Shown: positions 1 to 9,500 of the stretch, one piece after another | How positions within the stretch are numbered: the first letter of the stretch is position 1 | Layout of the letters: every line of letters starts with the position of its first letter | Source: Candidatus Beckwithbacteria bacterium | GTDB lineage: Bacteria; Patescibacteriota; Microgenomatia; UBA1400; CG1-02-47-37 | NCBI GenBank assembly: GCA_026397255.1 | Contig: JAPLVF010000011.1 | Coordinates: 7,589 to 71,588 of the forward strand | DNA length: 64,000 bases | Direction of reading: 5' to 3' | Translations under genes and position numbers: made by a program | Notes under the pieces: generated by a model | What the model saw: the letters and a program-made list of their open reading frames with translations, nothing else | Told to the model about the DNA's origin: nothing | Databases searched by the model: none

Positions 1-250
1 GGTATTGCCGACGGTGTTTGTGGGTTATAGCTTGATTGTTTTATTTTTAATTGTGTCGCCAACACCGCAGGGGATAGGAGTGGTGGAGGGGTTGGTCCCG
101 GTAATTTTAAGCTCGTTCGGGGTAGGAATTGAAACCGGCTTGTTGGCAATCCTTATTTTCAGGGCGATAAATTTATGGCTGCCGCTTTTGGCGGGTTTTG
201 TGAGTTTGAATTATTTGGCAATAGGAGTAAAATCTCAGTTAAAGGAGTAA
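1..250 (+). CDS. C-terminal fragment of a UPF0104/LPG-synthase-TM (flippase-like) family membrane protein; 5' end lies outside the window
   Basis: Hydrophobic C-terminus 'TPQGIGVVEGLVPVILSSFGVGIETGLLAILIFRAINLWLP' resembles the conserved PGGlGvrE...R tail of UPF0104 proteins; the ORF is open to the window start. Confidence 0.4.
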   Translation, partial: VLPTVFVGYSLIVLFLIVSPTPQGIGVVEGLVPVILSSFGVGIETGLLAILIFRAINLWLPLLAGFVSLNYLAIGVKSQLKE

Positions 251-252
251 TT

Positions 253-447
253 ATGGTTGGACCAGATGTGGCAAAAAATTTACCAAAATATGATGAAGAT
301 GGATTGCCAGTGCAGCCGGGGCATAGGGTAATTCCAGGATCACCAGAATTTAATGATTTAGTTGATGCCGTGGGAGGTGGGGAAAAACAAATTAAAGGAG
401 AAGCGGTAACGCCACCGGCAACACCGGTTGCGGCAGGCGGGGAATAA
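253..447 (+). CDS. small hypothetical protein (~64 aa)
   Basis: ATG at 253 sits 7 nt after AGGAG; no recognisable domain; the longer ORF-track start at 175 overlaps the upstream gene. Confidence 0.3.
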   Translation: MVGPDVAKNLPKYDEDGLPVQPGHRVIPGSPEFNDLVDAVGGGEKQIKGEAVTPPATPVAAGGE

Positions 448-476
448 AATTAGGCCCGGGTGGTAAAATAGGAGAT

Positions 477-2228
477 ATGGATCAGATTGAGGAAGTGCGG
501 CGGAAGACGGATATTGTAGCTTTGATTTCCGGTTATATCACTTTAAAAAAGGCCGGGAGGAATTTTAAGGCACTGTGCCCGTTTCATGAGGAAAAAACAC
601 CCAGCTTTATGGTGTCGCAAGAGCGGCAGATTTGGAAGTGTTTCGGCTGTCAAAAGGGCGGGGATGTTTTTAAATTTATCATGGAAAAAGAGGGGATGGA
701 GTTTGGGGAAACACTGCGGTTTTTAGCCGATAAAGCCGGAATCGAGCTTAAAGATTTCCGGCCAAGCCAGGACCAGAAAATCAAAGAACGGTTATTGGAG
801 ATTAATCATTTAGCCAGCGAGTTTTACCACTATCTACTAGTCGAGCATAAATTGGGTAAAAAAGCGCTTCAATACATACTAAAAAGAGGGATACGAAAAG
901 ATTCTATCCGACTGTTTAAATTAGGTTATGCACCGAATGAATGGCAGGGTTTAATTAATTATTTAACTAAGAAAAAGAACTATAAATTAGAAGAAATCGA
1001 GCAAGCGGGCTTGGGTATTCAAAGCGATAAGGGAAGAGTTTATGACCGGTTTAGAGGTAGAGTGATGTTTCCTTTGTTTGATATGAGGGGAAGAGTCTTG
1101 GGGTTTAGCGGAAGAGTGATGGAGGGAGAAGTTAAAGAAGCCAAATATATTAATTCACCGGAGACACTTTTATACCACAAATCAGCCATGCTTTACGGCC
1201 TGGAAACGACTAAAGAGGAGATTAAAAAAGATAACCGGGCAATTGTGGTGGAGGGGGAACTGGACATGATTTCCTCTTATCAGGCCGGGGTGAAAAATGC
1301 GGTGGCGATCAAGGGTTCGGCTTTAACGATAGAACAAATAGGGCTTTTGAAAAGATTTTGCGAAAACTTGAGCCTGGCTTTGGACAGTGACGCGGCCGGT
1401 GACGCGGCGGCGAGGCGGGGGATAGAATTAGCCGAAAATAGCGGTTTATCCTTGCGGGTAATCCGGGTTAAATACGGCAAAGACCCGGATGAGTGCGCTC
1501 AAAAAGATGTAGGGTTATGGAAAGATTCGGTCAAAGAGGCGGTGCCAATTTATGAATTTTATATTGATTCGGCAGTGAAAAGATTTGGCACCAAAACGAT
1601 TGAGGGGAAGAAGAAAATCAGCCAGGAATTGGCGGGGGTTTTAGCAAGGGTGAACAATCAAGTAATTAAGGCCCATTATGTTAAAAAATTAGCGGAAGTA
1701 TTAAATGTCAGCGAAGAAGCAGTGGAGGCGGAGGTAGAGAAAGGGGAGAAGGTAGTACAAGTAACAAAAGTAACAAAAGTAGAACAAATAAAAACCAGAC
1801 AAGAACGACTGGAAGAGTATTTATTGGCGTTAATATTGCAATCAGGTGAGTGGATGGACGAGTTGGTTAAAAAAGTCGAGCCAGAATGGCTGGCAGAGAC
1901 GGCGATTAAGAAAATATTCATAAAATTAAAGCAGTGGTTTAAGGCGGGTAAAAAATGGGAGATTAACAGCTTTGTCAAAAGCCTGGCGGAGGAGTTAGCA
2001 GGACAAACAGACGCGGCCTATTTATTGGATTTAGATAAAATCATTGACGATTCTGATAAAACGGAGGTGGAAGTAGATAAAGCGATAACGGCAATAAAAA
2101 AAGCGCAACTGAAAGAGAAACTAACCCTTTTGTCGGGCCAAATTAAGCAGGCCGAACAAGAAAAAGACAAGGAAAAAGTTAAAACTTTAGAAAAAGAGTT
2201 TAGGGAAATTGCCCGAGGACTGGTATAA
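477..2228 (+). CDS. dnaG: DNA primase DnaG
   Basis: CHC2 zinc finger '[34 protein letters not shown]'; TOPRIM motif '[26 protein letters not shown]'; AGGAG RBS; followed by rpoD (classic operon). Confidence 0.93.
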   Translation: MDQIEEVRRKTDIVALISGYITLKKAGRNFKALCPFHEEKTPSFMVSQERQIWKCFGCQKGGDVFKFIMEKEGMEFGETLRFLADKAGIELKDFRPSQDQKIKERLLEINHLASEFYHYLLVEHKLGKKALQYILKRGIRKDSIRLFKLGYAPNEWQGLINYLTKKKNYKLEEIEQAGLGIQSDKGRVYDRFRGRVMFPLFDMRGRVLGFSGRVMEGEVKEAKYINSPETLLYHKSAMLYGLETTKEEIKKDNRAIVVEGELDMISSYQAGVKNAVAIKGSALTIEQIGLLKRFCENLSLALDSDAAGDAAARRGIELAENSGLSLRVIRVKYGKDPDECAQKDVGLWKDSVKEAVPIYEFYIDSAVKRFGTKTIEGKKKISQELAGVLARVNNQVIKAHYVKKLAEVLNVSEEAVEAEVEKGEKVVQVTKVTKVEQIKTRQERLEEYLLALILQSGEWMDELVKKVEPEWLAETAIKKIFIKLKQWFKAGKKWEINSFVKSLAEELAGQTDAAYLLDLDKIIDDSDKTEVEVDKAITAIKKAQLKEKLTLLSGQIKQAEQEKDKEKVKTLEKEFREIARGLV

Positions 2229-2239
2229 TTGGATTTAAG

Positions 2240-3331
2240 ATGAAACAGGCAAGAAAACCGGTTAATGTCGACAAGCTTTTAAAAAAGGCGAAAAAAGAGG
2301 GCTTTTTAACTCAAGAAGAGATTTTGGGTTATTTTACGGACGCGGAGTGGCGAGTGGAAGAATTGGATAAATTTTACGATCGTTTAGAGAAAATGAACGT
2401 GGACGTGTTTAATACAGGCGAGGAAGAGTTGAAAGAAGACGTGAAGGCGGTGACCGAACTGGAAAAAGAATTGGTGGTCTTAGGTAATTTGGAAAAAGTC
2501 GGCAATGCCGATCCGGTGCGGATGTATTTAAAAGAAATCGGCAGGATTAAATTATTAACCCGCGATCAGGAAATTGAGTTGGCCCAGGGGGTGGACAAGG
2601 GGAGCCATAAAGCTAAAGATGGATTGATTACTTCAAATTTGCGACTAGTGGTGTCGATTGCTAAAAAATACATCGGCCGGGGGATGAGCTTCTTAGACTT
2701 AATCCAGGAAGGGAATAAAGGATTAATCCGAGCGGTGGAAAAATATGACTGGACTAAGGGGTTTAAGTTTTCCACCTATGCCACCTGGTGGATTAGGCAG
2801 GCGATTACCCGGGCGATTGCCGATCAGGCGCGGACAATCAGGATTCCGGTGCACATGGTGGAAACGATTAATAAGTTGATTCGGGTATCCAGAAAGCTGA
2901 TGCAGGAACAGGGGCGGGAGCCGTCGCCGGAGGAGATTGCTTCAGAGATGGAAATTGAGCCGGCGAAAGTGCGGGAAATTATGAAAATTTCGCAGAAAAC
3001 GACTTCATTGGAGACGCCGATCGGGGACGAGGAAGATTCATATTTAGGCGATTTTATTCCGGATGAAACCCAGCCGTCGCCTTATGATGCGACCTCGATT
3101 AAGATGCTCAAGGAGAATGTTGATGAGGTATTAATGTCGTTATCGGATAGAGAGGCAAAGGTATTGAAGATGCGGTTTGGTTTAGACGACAGCAAGCGGT
3201 CGATGACTTTGGAAGAAGTGGGGCGGGAGTTTGGGGTGACAAGAGAGAGAATCAGGCAAATTGAGGCCAAGGCGTTAAGAAAGTTAAAACATCCGTCGCA
3301 GAGGAAGAAACTGCAGGATTATTTAGATTAA
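2240..3331 (+). CDS. rpoD: RNA polymerase sigma-70 factor RpoD
   Basis: Region 2 '[56 protein letters not shown]'; region 4 HTH '[26 protein letters not shown]'. Confidence 0.95.
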   Translation: MKQARKPVNVDKLLKKAKKEGFLTQEEILGYFTDAEWRVEELDKFYDRLEKMNVDVFNTGEEELKEDVKAVTELEKELVVLGNLEKVGNADPVRMYLKEIGRIKLLTRDQEIELAQGVDKGSHKAKDGLITSNLRLVVSIAKKYIGRGMSFLDLIQEGNKGLIRAVEKYDWTKGFKFSTYATWWIRQAITRAIADQARTIRIPVHMVETINKLIRVSRKLMQEQGREPSPEEIASEMEIEPAKVREIMKISQKTTSLETPIGDEEDSYLGDFIPDETQPSPYDATSIKMLKENVDEVLMSLSDREAKVLKMRFGLDDSKRSMTLEEVGREFGVTRERIRQIEAKALRKLKHPSQRKKLQDYLD

Positions 3332-3573
3332 TGTCGGCCTTTGGCCGAGACGGTTTTCTTTTGAAAACAGCAAAGATAGATAATTTCCAGAAGGCCAAGA
3401 GTGTTGACAATTAACAAAACAATAAACCAGCCGCGTTGATTATTCCGGCCGGCTTTCCAGAGGGCTAAGCCTTTCCAAACCAGATGCCAGGCAAGCAGAG
3501 GAAATAACAACCAGGTGAAGAATGAGGGGAGAAAAGACTGATTGTAGAAAAATGGCGGGAAAATATAGTGCAT
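3328..3573 (-). CDS. small hydrophobic hypothetical protein (81 aa)
   Basis: ORF only; Trp-rich hydrophobic sequence; convergent with rpoD; no known motif. Confidence 0.25.
   Translation of the reverse strand: MHYIFPPFFYNQSFLPSFFTWLLFPLLAWHLVWKGLALWKAGRNNQRGWFIVLLIVNTLGLLEIIYLCCFQKKTVSAKGRH
3334..3363 (+). terminator. putative rho-independent terminator after rpoD
   Basis: Stem TCGGCC / GGCCGA with TTT loop followed by GACGG TTTTCTTTTG; the stem-to-T-tract spacer is slightly long. Confidence 0.45.
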
Positions 3574-3638
3574 ATAATTTAGTTTAGCATAAAGCAGAAA
3601 TTTTGGTAAAATAAGGGGTTGATGTTCCGCTTTTTTAT

Positions 3639-3711
3639 TCCGCGGTAGCTCAATTGGCAGAGCGCCTCTCTGTTAAAGAGGATGTTACTGGTCCGAGTCC
3701 AGTCCGCGGAG
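3639..3711 (+). tRNA. tRNA-Asn (anticodon GTT)
   Basis: Hand-folded cloverleaf. Acceptor TCCGCGG/CCGCGGA. D-stem GCTC/GAGC. Anticodon stem CCTCT/AGAGG with loop CTGTTAA (anticodon GTT). T-stem ACTGG/CCAGT with loop TCCGAGT. Discriminator G; CCA not encoded. 73 nt. Confidence 0.85.
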
Positions 3712-5181
3712 CAAGGTAGTCGTTATTCTGACAGTCTTAGCCTCTATTAGACTTTGGAATAGCGGTGTATAGATTACTTTCGCAATCTTTTTATCCCTCA
3801 CTTCTATCCGCTCAAAGAACATTGATAAGTAATGGCGTTTAGCTTCAAAATTCGCATTAGCAAAAGTTTCTTTGATATTGTTTACCAGGTCAAGAATTGC
3901 GATAGTGGCATCAACATCAAACCCTCCCTGATTTTCGATAGTAGCCAACTCACTCTCTCGATTTTGTAAATCAATTGTTAGCTCACTATGCTTTCGTTTA
4001 AATGTTTCCCTGTCTACTATTTGGTCAACAAGGGCATCCTCAAGGACTTTACGTTTTGCCACAATTGCCTTGATTGCATTTTGGACGCCCTGAATTTCTG
4101 TTTCCTTTGTCTCCCTAGAACGATTTAGCAGTGCTTTGGCCTTATCAATTATTTGTTGAGTAAATTCTTTACTAAACTTTATTTTCCCCAGTTGTTCAAC
4201 TACTTGGGCCTCTAAACTCCCAAGAGGGGTGTAGTGATGACAGCCTCGTAAAGCATTGCCATGATAATAAGCAGATTTTTTGGTTCTATTCCAATCGCCG
4301 CACAAACGAGTATTGTCTTTCTGACAGAAAGCAAAACCATTTAAAAGCCACTGATATTTGCGTCTGCGACAGGCATTTTGATTATGTAGGGTAGATATTC
4401 TTTTGCAGGTATCAAATATTTCAGGAGTTGTGAGTGGTTTGTGATTGCCTTTAATAATTTCTCCGTTATACCGAAACATTCCAAGATAAAAAGGATTTTT
4501 TAAAAGGCTGTATAACACACTTCTGTATACTCGCTTATTATTCTTAGAACGCAAGCCTTTCTCAAACATAAGGTCAACTAAAGTATCGACAGGATAATTA
4601 CCAGTTGAATACAGTCGGAACATTTCGGTTATAAATGGTCCCTTTATTAGATCAATTTTAACCACCTTGTGAGGTTTTTCTTCTGTGCCCAAGTTCACAT
4701 TAAGATAACCTAATGGCGCCCAACCCGGGAAATCACCTAGTTCGCACTTCTTCTCTAAACTCTTTTTAACTTTCCTTCCAAGTAAACGACTATAAAAAGC
4801 ATTTGTACCCGCAAGAATAGTTTCAAAGAATTGCCCTTCGGGCGTATCGTTTAGTGGTTGATTGATAGCAATTAGCTGAGTGTTGCCTTTCCGTAGTTCA
4901 TTTTTAATAAAAAAGTGGTCAACTTCATTTCGGGCAATTCTATCGGTATCGACCACAAGTGCTGCATCAATTTTTTCTTCTTGGCATTGAATTATCATGT
5001 CTTCCAGTCCATCTCTTCCAACGGTCTTAGTGCCTGTCTTGCCCCCATCTTGATATACACCTACGACCTCATAACCTTTTTGTCTTGCCCATTTAATACA
5101 TGACTCTTTTTGAACTTCAGGCGATAAACCCTTCATCTGTTCCTCACTGCTGACCCTAGAATATATCACTGCTTTTTTCAT
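3685..5181 (-). CDS. large serine recombinase (phage-integrase type; resolvase catalytic domain + recombinase domain + zinc ribbon)
   Basis: N-terminal catalytic motif 'AVIYSRVSSEEQ' and 'DRIARN'; C-terminal Cys-rich region 'CGDWNRTKKSAYYHGNALRGCHHY'; coiled-coil tail; the last ~9 codons overlap the 3' end of tRNA-Asn. Confidence 0.85.
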   Translation of the reverse strand: MKKAVIYSRVSSEEQMKGLSPEVQKESCIKWARQKGYEVVGVYQDGGKTGTKTVGRDGLEDMIIQCQEEKIDAALVVDTDRIARNEVDHFFIKNELRKGNTQLIAINQPLNDTPEGQFFETILAGTNAFYSRLLGRKVKKSLEKKCELGDFPGWAPLGYLNVNLGTEEKPHKVVKIDLIKGPFITEMFRLYSTGNYPVDTLVDLMFEKGLRSKNNKRVYRSVLYSLLKNPFYLGMFRYNGEIIKGNHKPLTTPEIFDTCKRISTLHNQNACRRRKYQWLLNGFAFCQKDNTRLCGDWNRTKKSAYYHGNALRGCHHYTPLGSLEAQVVEQLGKIKFSKEFTQQIIDKAKALLNRSRETKETEIQGVQNAIKAIVAKRKVLEDALVDQIVDRETFKRKHSELTIDLQNRESELATIENQGGFDVDATIAILDLVNNIKETFANANFEAKRHYLSMFFERIEVRDKKIAKVIYTPLFQSLIEAKTVRITTTLLRGLDSDQ

Positions 5182-5459
5182 ACTTGTACCCCCTTTGGAT
5201 TGACTATAAATGCCTTAGCACAAATAATCTGTCTAATCCTTTTTATGACTGGATAGATACCAGGAATAAAACGATAGCCTAGCTCGGACAGCCTTACTTC
5301 AGCTATCCGAGTGGCTAACAATTCAAGATTTTTTTCTAGATTGTTTTTCATAGTTTTAATAAATAAACACCAATTTAACATCATCATTCTTAAACAAATT
5401 TTCAATATCAGAGAAACTCGCTGTATCTCTCGACAATCTATCGGGACCGGAGCAAACAA
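5178..5459 (-). CDS. hypothetical ORF overlapping the resolvase-like fragment; possibly part of a frameshifted gene
   Basis: ORF only; overlaps 5356-5459 in a different frame. Confidence 0.15.
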   Translation of the reverse strand: MFAPVPIDCREIQRVSLILKICLRMMMLNWCLFIKTMKNNLEKNLELLATRIAEVRLSELGYRFIPGIYPVIKRIRQIICAKAFIVNPKGVQV

Positions 5460-5700
5460 TAGATGTGATTTTTTTGTTTGCCGCTAATGTATACAGCATG
5501 TTTAATGCTGGTCGGTTAATATCTAATCCTGACTGTGCGGGGTCAAAGAGTACTCCTGAAAGTTCGATATTATTCTTTTTACAGTAATCCTTAATTAACT
5601 GTTCCTGCTTCTCAATTGTGTTAAAGACTGTATTTTTAACATCAACTGCGGTTCTTGCATAACCGATTGCAGTTTTTGTTTTTTTATTCATATTTATCAC
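5356..5700 (-). pseudogene. degenerate serine-recombinase catalytic-domain-like ORF (nucleophile Ser replaced)
   Basis: 'AIGYARTAVDVKN' aligns to the 'YxRVSTxxQ' motif with Ser->Ala at the nucleophile position; 'DRLSRD' conserved; only 114 aa and no DNA-binding domain. Confidence 0.35.
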
Positions 5701-5717
5701 CTCCTAACTAAATTTAG

Positions 5718-5768
5718 ACAACAAAAAAGACGTAGCTCTCGGCACGAAGGCCGTCTGAAACTACGTCT
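5718..5768 (-). terminator. rho-independent terminator on the minus strand, downstream of the 5864-6100 gene
   Basis: Compound hairpin AGACGTAG...(inner CGGC/GCCG)...CTACGTCT, followed on the minus strand by CTTTTTTGTTGTC. Confidence 0.5.
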
Positions 5769-5863
5769 AAAACTAAAAAACTTTTACTTAAAACTGTCAG
5801 TATTTTGAACTGATGTAATAACAGCATATATGTAAATAATCCCGATGTCAAGCCCTAATCTTA

Positions 5864-6100
5864 TTAATTATTTAATAATTTAGGGTTATTTTTATTAACT
5901 TTTTTATTATTTTTAACCTCAATTGCTACTGGTGCAGTATCAAGATTTTTCTGTTTTTTTATTTCGTGTCGTTTGGCTTTTCTTTTTGCCTGATATTTAG
6001 TCATTAGCGCTTTGCCTTTCTCAGACTGCATAAATCTTTTGCGGGCAGCAATTCCTTTTTCTGAGTGGGCGTATTTTTTTTGTGTTTCGGTCCATGACAT
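5864..6100 (-). CDS. small highly basic (K/R-rich) hypothetical protein
   Basis: 78-aa ORF; ~30% Lys/Arg; terminator downstream; no recognised domain. Confidence 0.35.
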   Translation of the reverse strand: MSWTETQKKYAHSEKGIAARKRFMQSEKGKALMTKYQAKRKAKRHEIKKQKNLDTAPVAIEVKNNKKVNKNNPKLLNN

Positions 6101-6324
6101 AGATATTCACCTCCTTTATTTATTAACTTTTAAATAATTATCACGACAAATTATCAATATGGCACGAGGGGTTTAGCGGTATTAACTGGGTAAAACGGGG
6201 GGTAGTATCTTTGGGGATTAAGAAGATAAGAACATGATTGTATGAGAGAGGAATGGTTCGGGTTATTTATTGATATCCGTCTTTATGAACTAACATATAT
6301 TGCCTCACAACCGAGGGAAAATAC

Positions 6325-6353
6325 TTGTAAAAAAGCGGTTATTTTTGTATGAT
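6325..6353 (+). promoter_or_regulatory. sigma-70-like promoter for the excisionase-like/helicase operon
   Basis: TTGTAA (-35), 17-nt spacer, TATGAT (-10) about 30 nt upstream of the ATG at 6382. Confidence 0.4.
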
Positions 6354-6381
6354 ATTGGTATCTATTAGTAGGAAAACGAAT

Positions 6382-6567
6382 ATGTCAGACATTCCAGAGT
6401 TAATAACTCTCAAAGAAGCCAGTAAAATATTAAAGGTACATCCAAACACACTTAGGTTGTGGGATAAAAATGGGATATTACCTGCGGTGCGTATTGGTGA
6501 GAAGAAAGTAAGAAGATATAGGAAAATAGATATAGAAAATTTTATTAAGAAAAATGAACGAAAATAA
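6382..6567 (+). CDS. excisionase/AlpA/MerR-type HTH DNA-binding protein
   Basis: 'ITLKEASKILKVHPNTLRLWDKNGILPAVRIGEKKVRRYRKIDIENFI' matches the excisionase-family HTH pattern; its stop overlaps the start of the 1531-aa gene. Confidence 0.6.
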   Translation: MSDIPELITLKEASKILKVHPNTLRLWDKNGILPAVRIGEKKVRRYRKIDIENFIKKNERK

Positions 6568-9500
6568 TATTCAAACTGATAACAGTGAGGACAATGTTAA
6601 GCTCTCTAAGAGCCTTACTTTTATTCGCGAAGTGGCTAAATATTTTATGGATTTCCTGGAAACAGACTTCCATAAAAGAAAAAATCCAAAACGAAGTGTT
6701 CAATTAAGGAGTGGAAATAATCTGCTTATTGGTTTAAACCTCAACAAGTATCCCACTTTTGCTAATCTGGTTTGGAAAGCGATTAACCACTCTTTCGATA
6801 AAAGTGTCTTAAATGGGATACCAAAAGGGGTTTATCGCACCAATATTCCTCAAAATCTCCTTGATTTAATAGAATTATCTCTCAATAAAATAACAAATAA
6901 GCAAATTGCTCAAATACTAGAGCAAGTCACAGAAGAGATTGAAAAATCATCTACTCTATATAAAAAAGAATATGATCAAGCCCTAAGTACCGCCCTTGAA
7001 GCAGCTTCAAAAATTATCCAAACAAATTTAGTCTTACCGTTTATTAGTTATTTAGAAAAGCCGCTAGAGAATTTGAATTTGGGAGATGAAGACAGCACTT
7101 ACTTAATGGAAGAGGAACTTACCTCTGTTCTCACCTCCTTGCTTGAAAATAAAATTTCAGAAGTAATTAAGCTTCTATTGGCAAAAGAAAAGGTTGATAT
7201 CTCCAAACAACTAAAGGATGTTTTTGACATCGATAACGCAAAAGCTAATATTTTGTCATTTTTTGAAAGTTTCCGTGTCGGAGATTTATTTGCGGAAGTA
7301 TATGAGATGGAGCGGAATCGTACCATTTTAGATAAACAGGAATTCTATCTTTATTTTTGCGATATTACTTTTGAAAAGGCAAAGTATCCAATTTTCTATA
7401 TTCCGTTTACTGTAGAAAAACAAAATGATCTATTAAATATAGAGTTTGATTCTCAAGTCTATATAAACAAGAAAGCACTTGAATACATTTCACAGCAATA
7501 TAATCAAGAAAAAGATAAAAAGGGAAATCTAAAAACCATTGCTGAAAGAATTATTTATCTAGCACAACATCAAAATGATTTCAGAGAATTAATAAGCGAA
7601 ATATTGAATGAGATTACTAACTTTTTTGAATTAGACAACAATATTAATATAGACAAAACAGATCCGCAGGTTGCAAAGAGTTTCCTTGTTAGGGCGTCTA
7701 ATTCATGCTACATAACCTTATTCGATAAATCTGATGAGGCGCTGGTAAACGATTACGAAGAAATTTTAAAGCTTCTTTCTTCCGAGGATAGTATTTTAGC
7801 TGGCGCTTTTAACAAGTTAATTGATGACTTTATTCAGAAAGACCCAAAAAGTTTCAATATAGAAATTCAAGAAGATTGGAATGATCAAGAAGTCCAGGAT
7901 AAACTTGTATTCCAAAGCCCAATTCCTTTAAATGAAGAGCAGCTTCAAATACTATCTGCTATAAAGCAAGATGATTGTAAATATATTATTGTGCAAGGTC
8001 CTCCTGGAACAGGTAAAAGCCATACAATAACCGCAGTTGTTTTCAACGCAATACTTAAAAACCAATCCGTTTTAGTTCTATCGGACAAGAAAGAGGCTCT
8101 TGATGTTGTCGAGGATAAGATAACGGAAACGATGAATAAAGTCAGGACTGATGATAATTTTCAAAACCCTGTTTTAAGATTGGGGAAAATAGGTAATGCT
8201 TATGCAAAGATACTAAGTCCAATATCAATTAAAGCTATTACAAATAATTTTCTTGCAGTAAAGAAAAATTATAAGGATTTAGAACAGAATATTGATAAAT
8301 CTCAAAAGTCATTAAAAGAGGACATAGAAGCCGAAATATTAACCTATAAGGATATCGACATAAAAGAGATTCACGAATACTTTGATCTTGAAAGCTACCA
8401 TACAAACAATGGCTTTCCGATTGATTTAGAAGAAGTAGTTAAACAGCAGGAGTCTGCGATAGATCTTGAAGAATTCCGGAAGATATTTTTAACACTGAAA
8501 GCTAAATTAGTAATTGATACTGATGAAAATGAAAAGACGCTAAAAATATTTGAATTATTGGATTTTTCTCTTGATGACTTTAAAGATACATCTGATTTTC
8601 AAAAATATTTACAGTTTTTGAACTCTCTTTCTTCCTCTATCACTAAACTGCGTGAAGTATATGGGGATAACTTAAATTCAATTCTAGAGTTCGAAAACTT
8701 CGATTCCTCTAGATTAAAAGTTCTAAATTCCTCAATACAAAAATATAAAGAGGAGAAAAACTGGCTATTCGGCTATCTATTCAAAAAAGATCAGATAGAG
8801 CGGCTAAATACTGAATTTAGAAAAAATTTTAAATATTCATCGTCAATTGAACCACAACAAAACTTAAAGAAGCTTGACGAAGCGGCAAACATTTATAATT
8901 ACGCAGATGAAATATTTAGCAAACTTGACAACAAATTTATTAGTAAACTGGACTACTTACACTTTTTTCATCAAGTCATAAAAGATGAAAGTGTTTTGTC
9001 ATTTTTAAATGACTTAATAGCTTTAAATGATGATATAAAATATCTCGGCTCCAATATAAATAAGTATCCACTTACGGCTAAAAAACTGAAAGTTAATCTT
9101 TCGTCGTTTAAAACTCTTACTGATAATAAGTTCACAAAAATATCAGATTTGGATTTTGATAAATTAATCAGGTATTTGAGTCTAAACCAAAAGATTGAAA
9201 AGGATTTTCAAGACATTCCTGCTCTTAACTACGACAGTCAAAAGAAGGATATTGAGAGCTTACTTACTGTGCAGATGACTCACGTCATGGACAACAGGCT
9301 CATTGGGTTTTGGACTCAACATCAGGCTACTGCGATTGCTTTAAAGAAAATAATTCAAAGCAAAATGAAGTTTCCTCAAAGTGAATTTCTAAAGCTTAAG
9401 GAGGCTTTCCCTTGCATTTTAGCTGGAATTAGAGATTATGCCGAGTACATCCCTCTCGAGCCAGAAATATTTGATCTAGTAATTATTGATGAGGCTTCAC

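Noticed and set aside
1741-1790. Short tandem 'GTAACAAAAGTA' repeats in dnaG (encoding VTKVTKV)
   Set aside because: Trivial short in-frame repeat within a linker of DnaG. Not a regulatory or mobile repeat.
1280-1978. Minus-strand ORFs (66 and 100 aa) inside dnaG
   Set aside because: Embedded antisense within a strongly supported conserved gene; low-complexity Ser/Thr/Ala products. Spurious.
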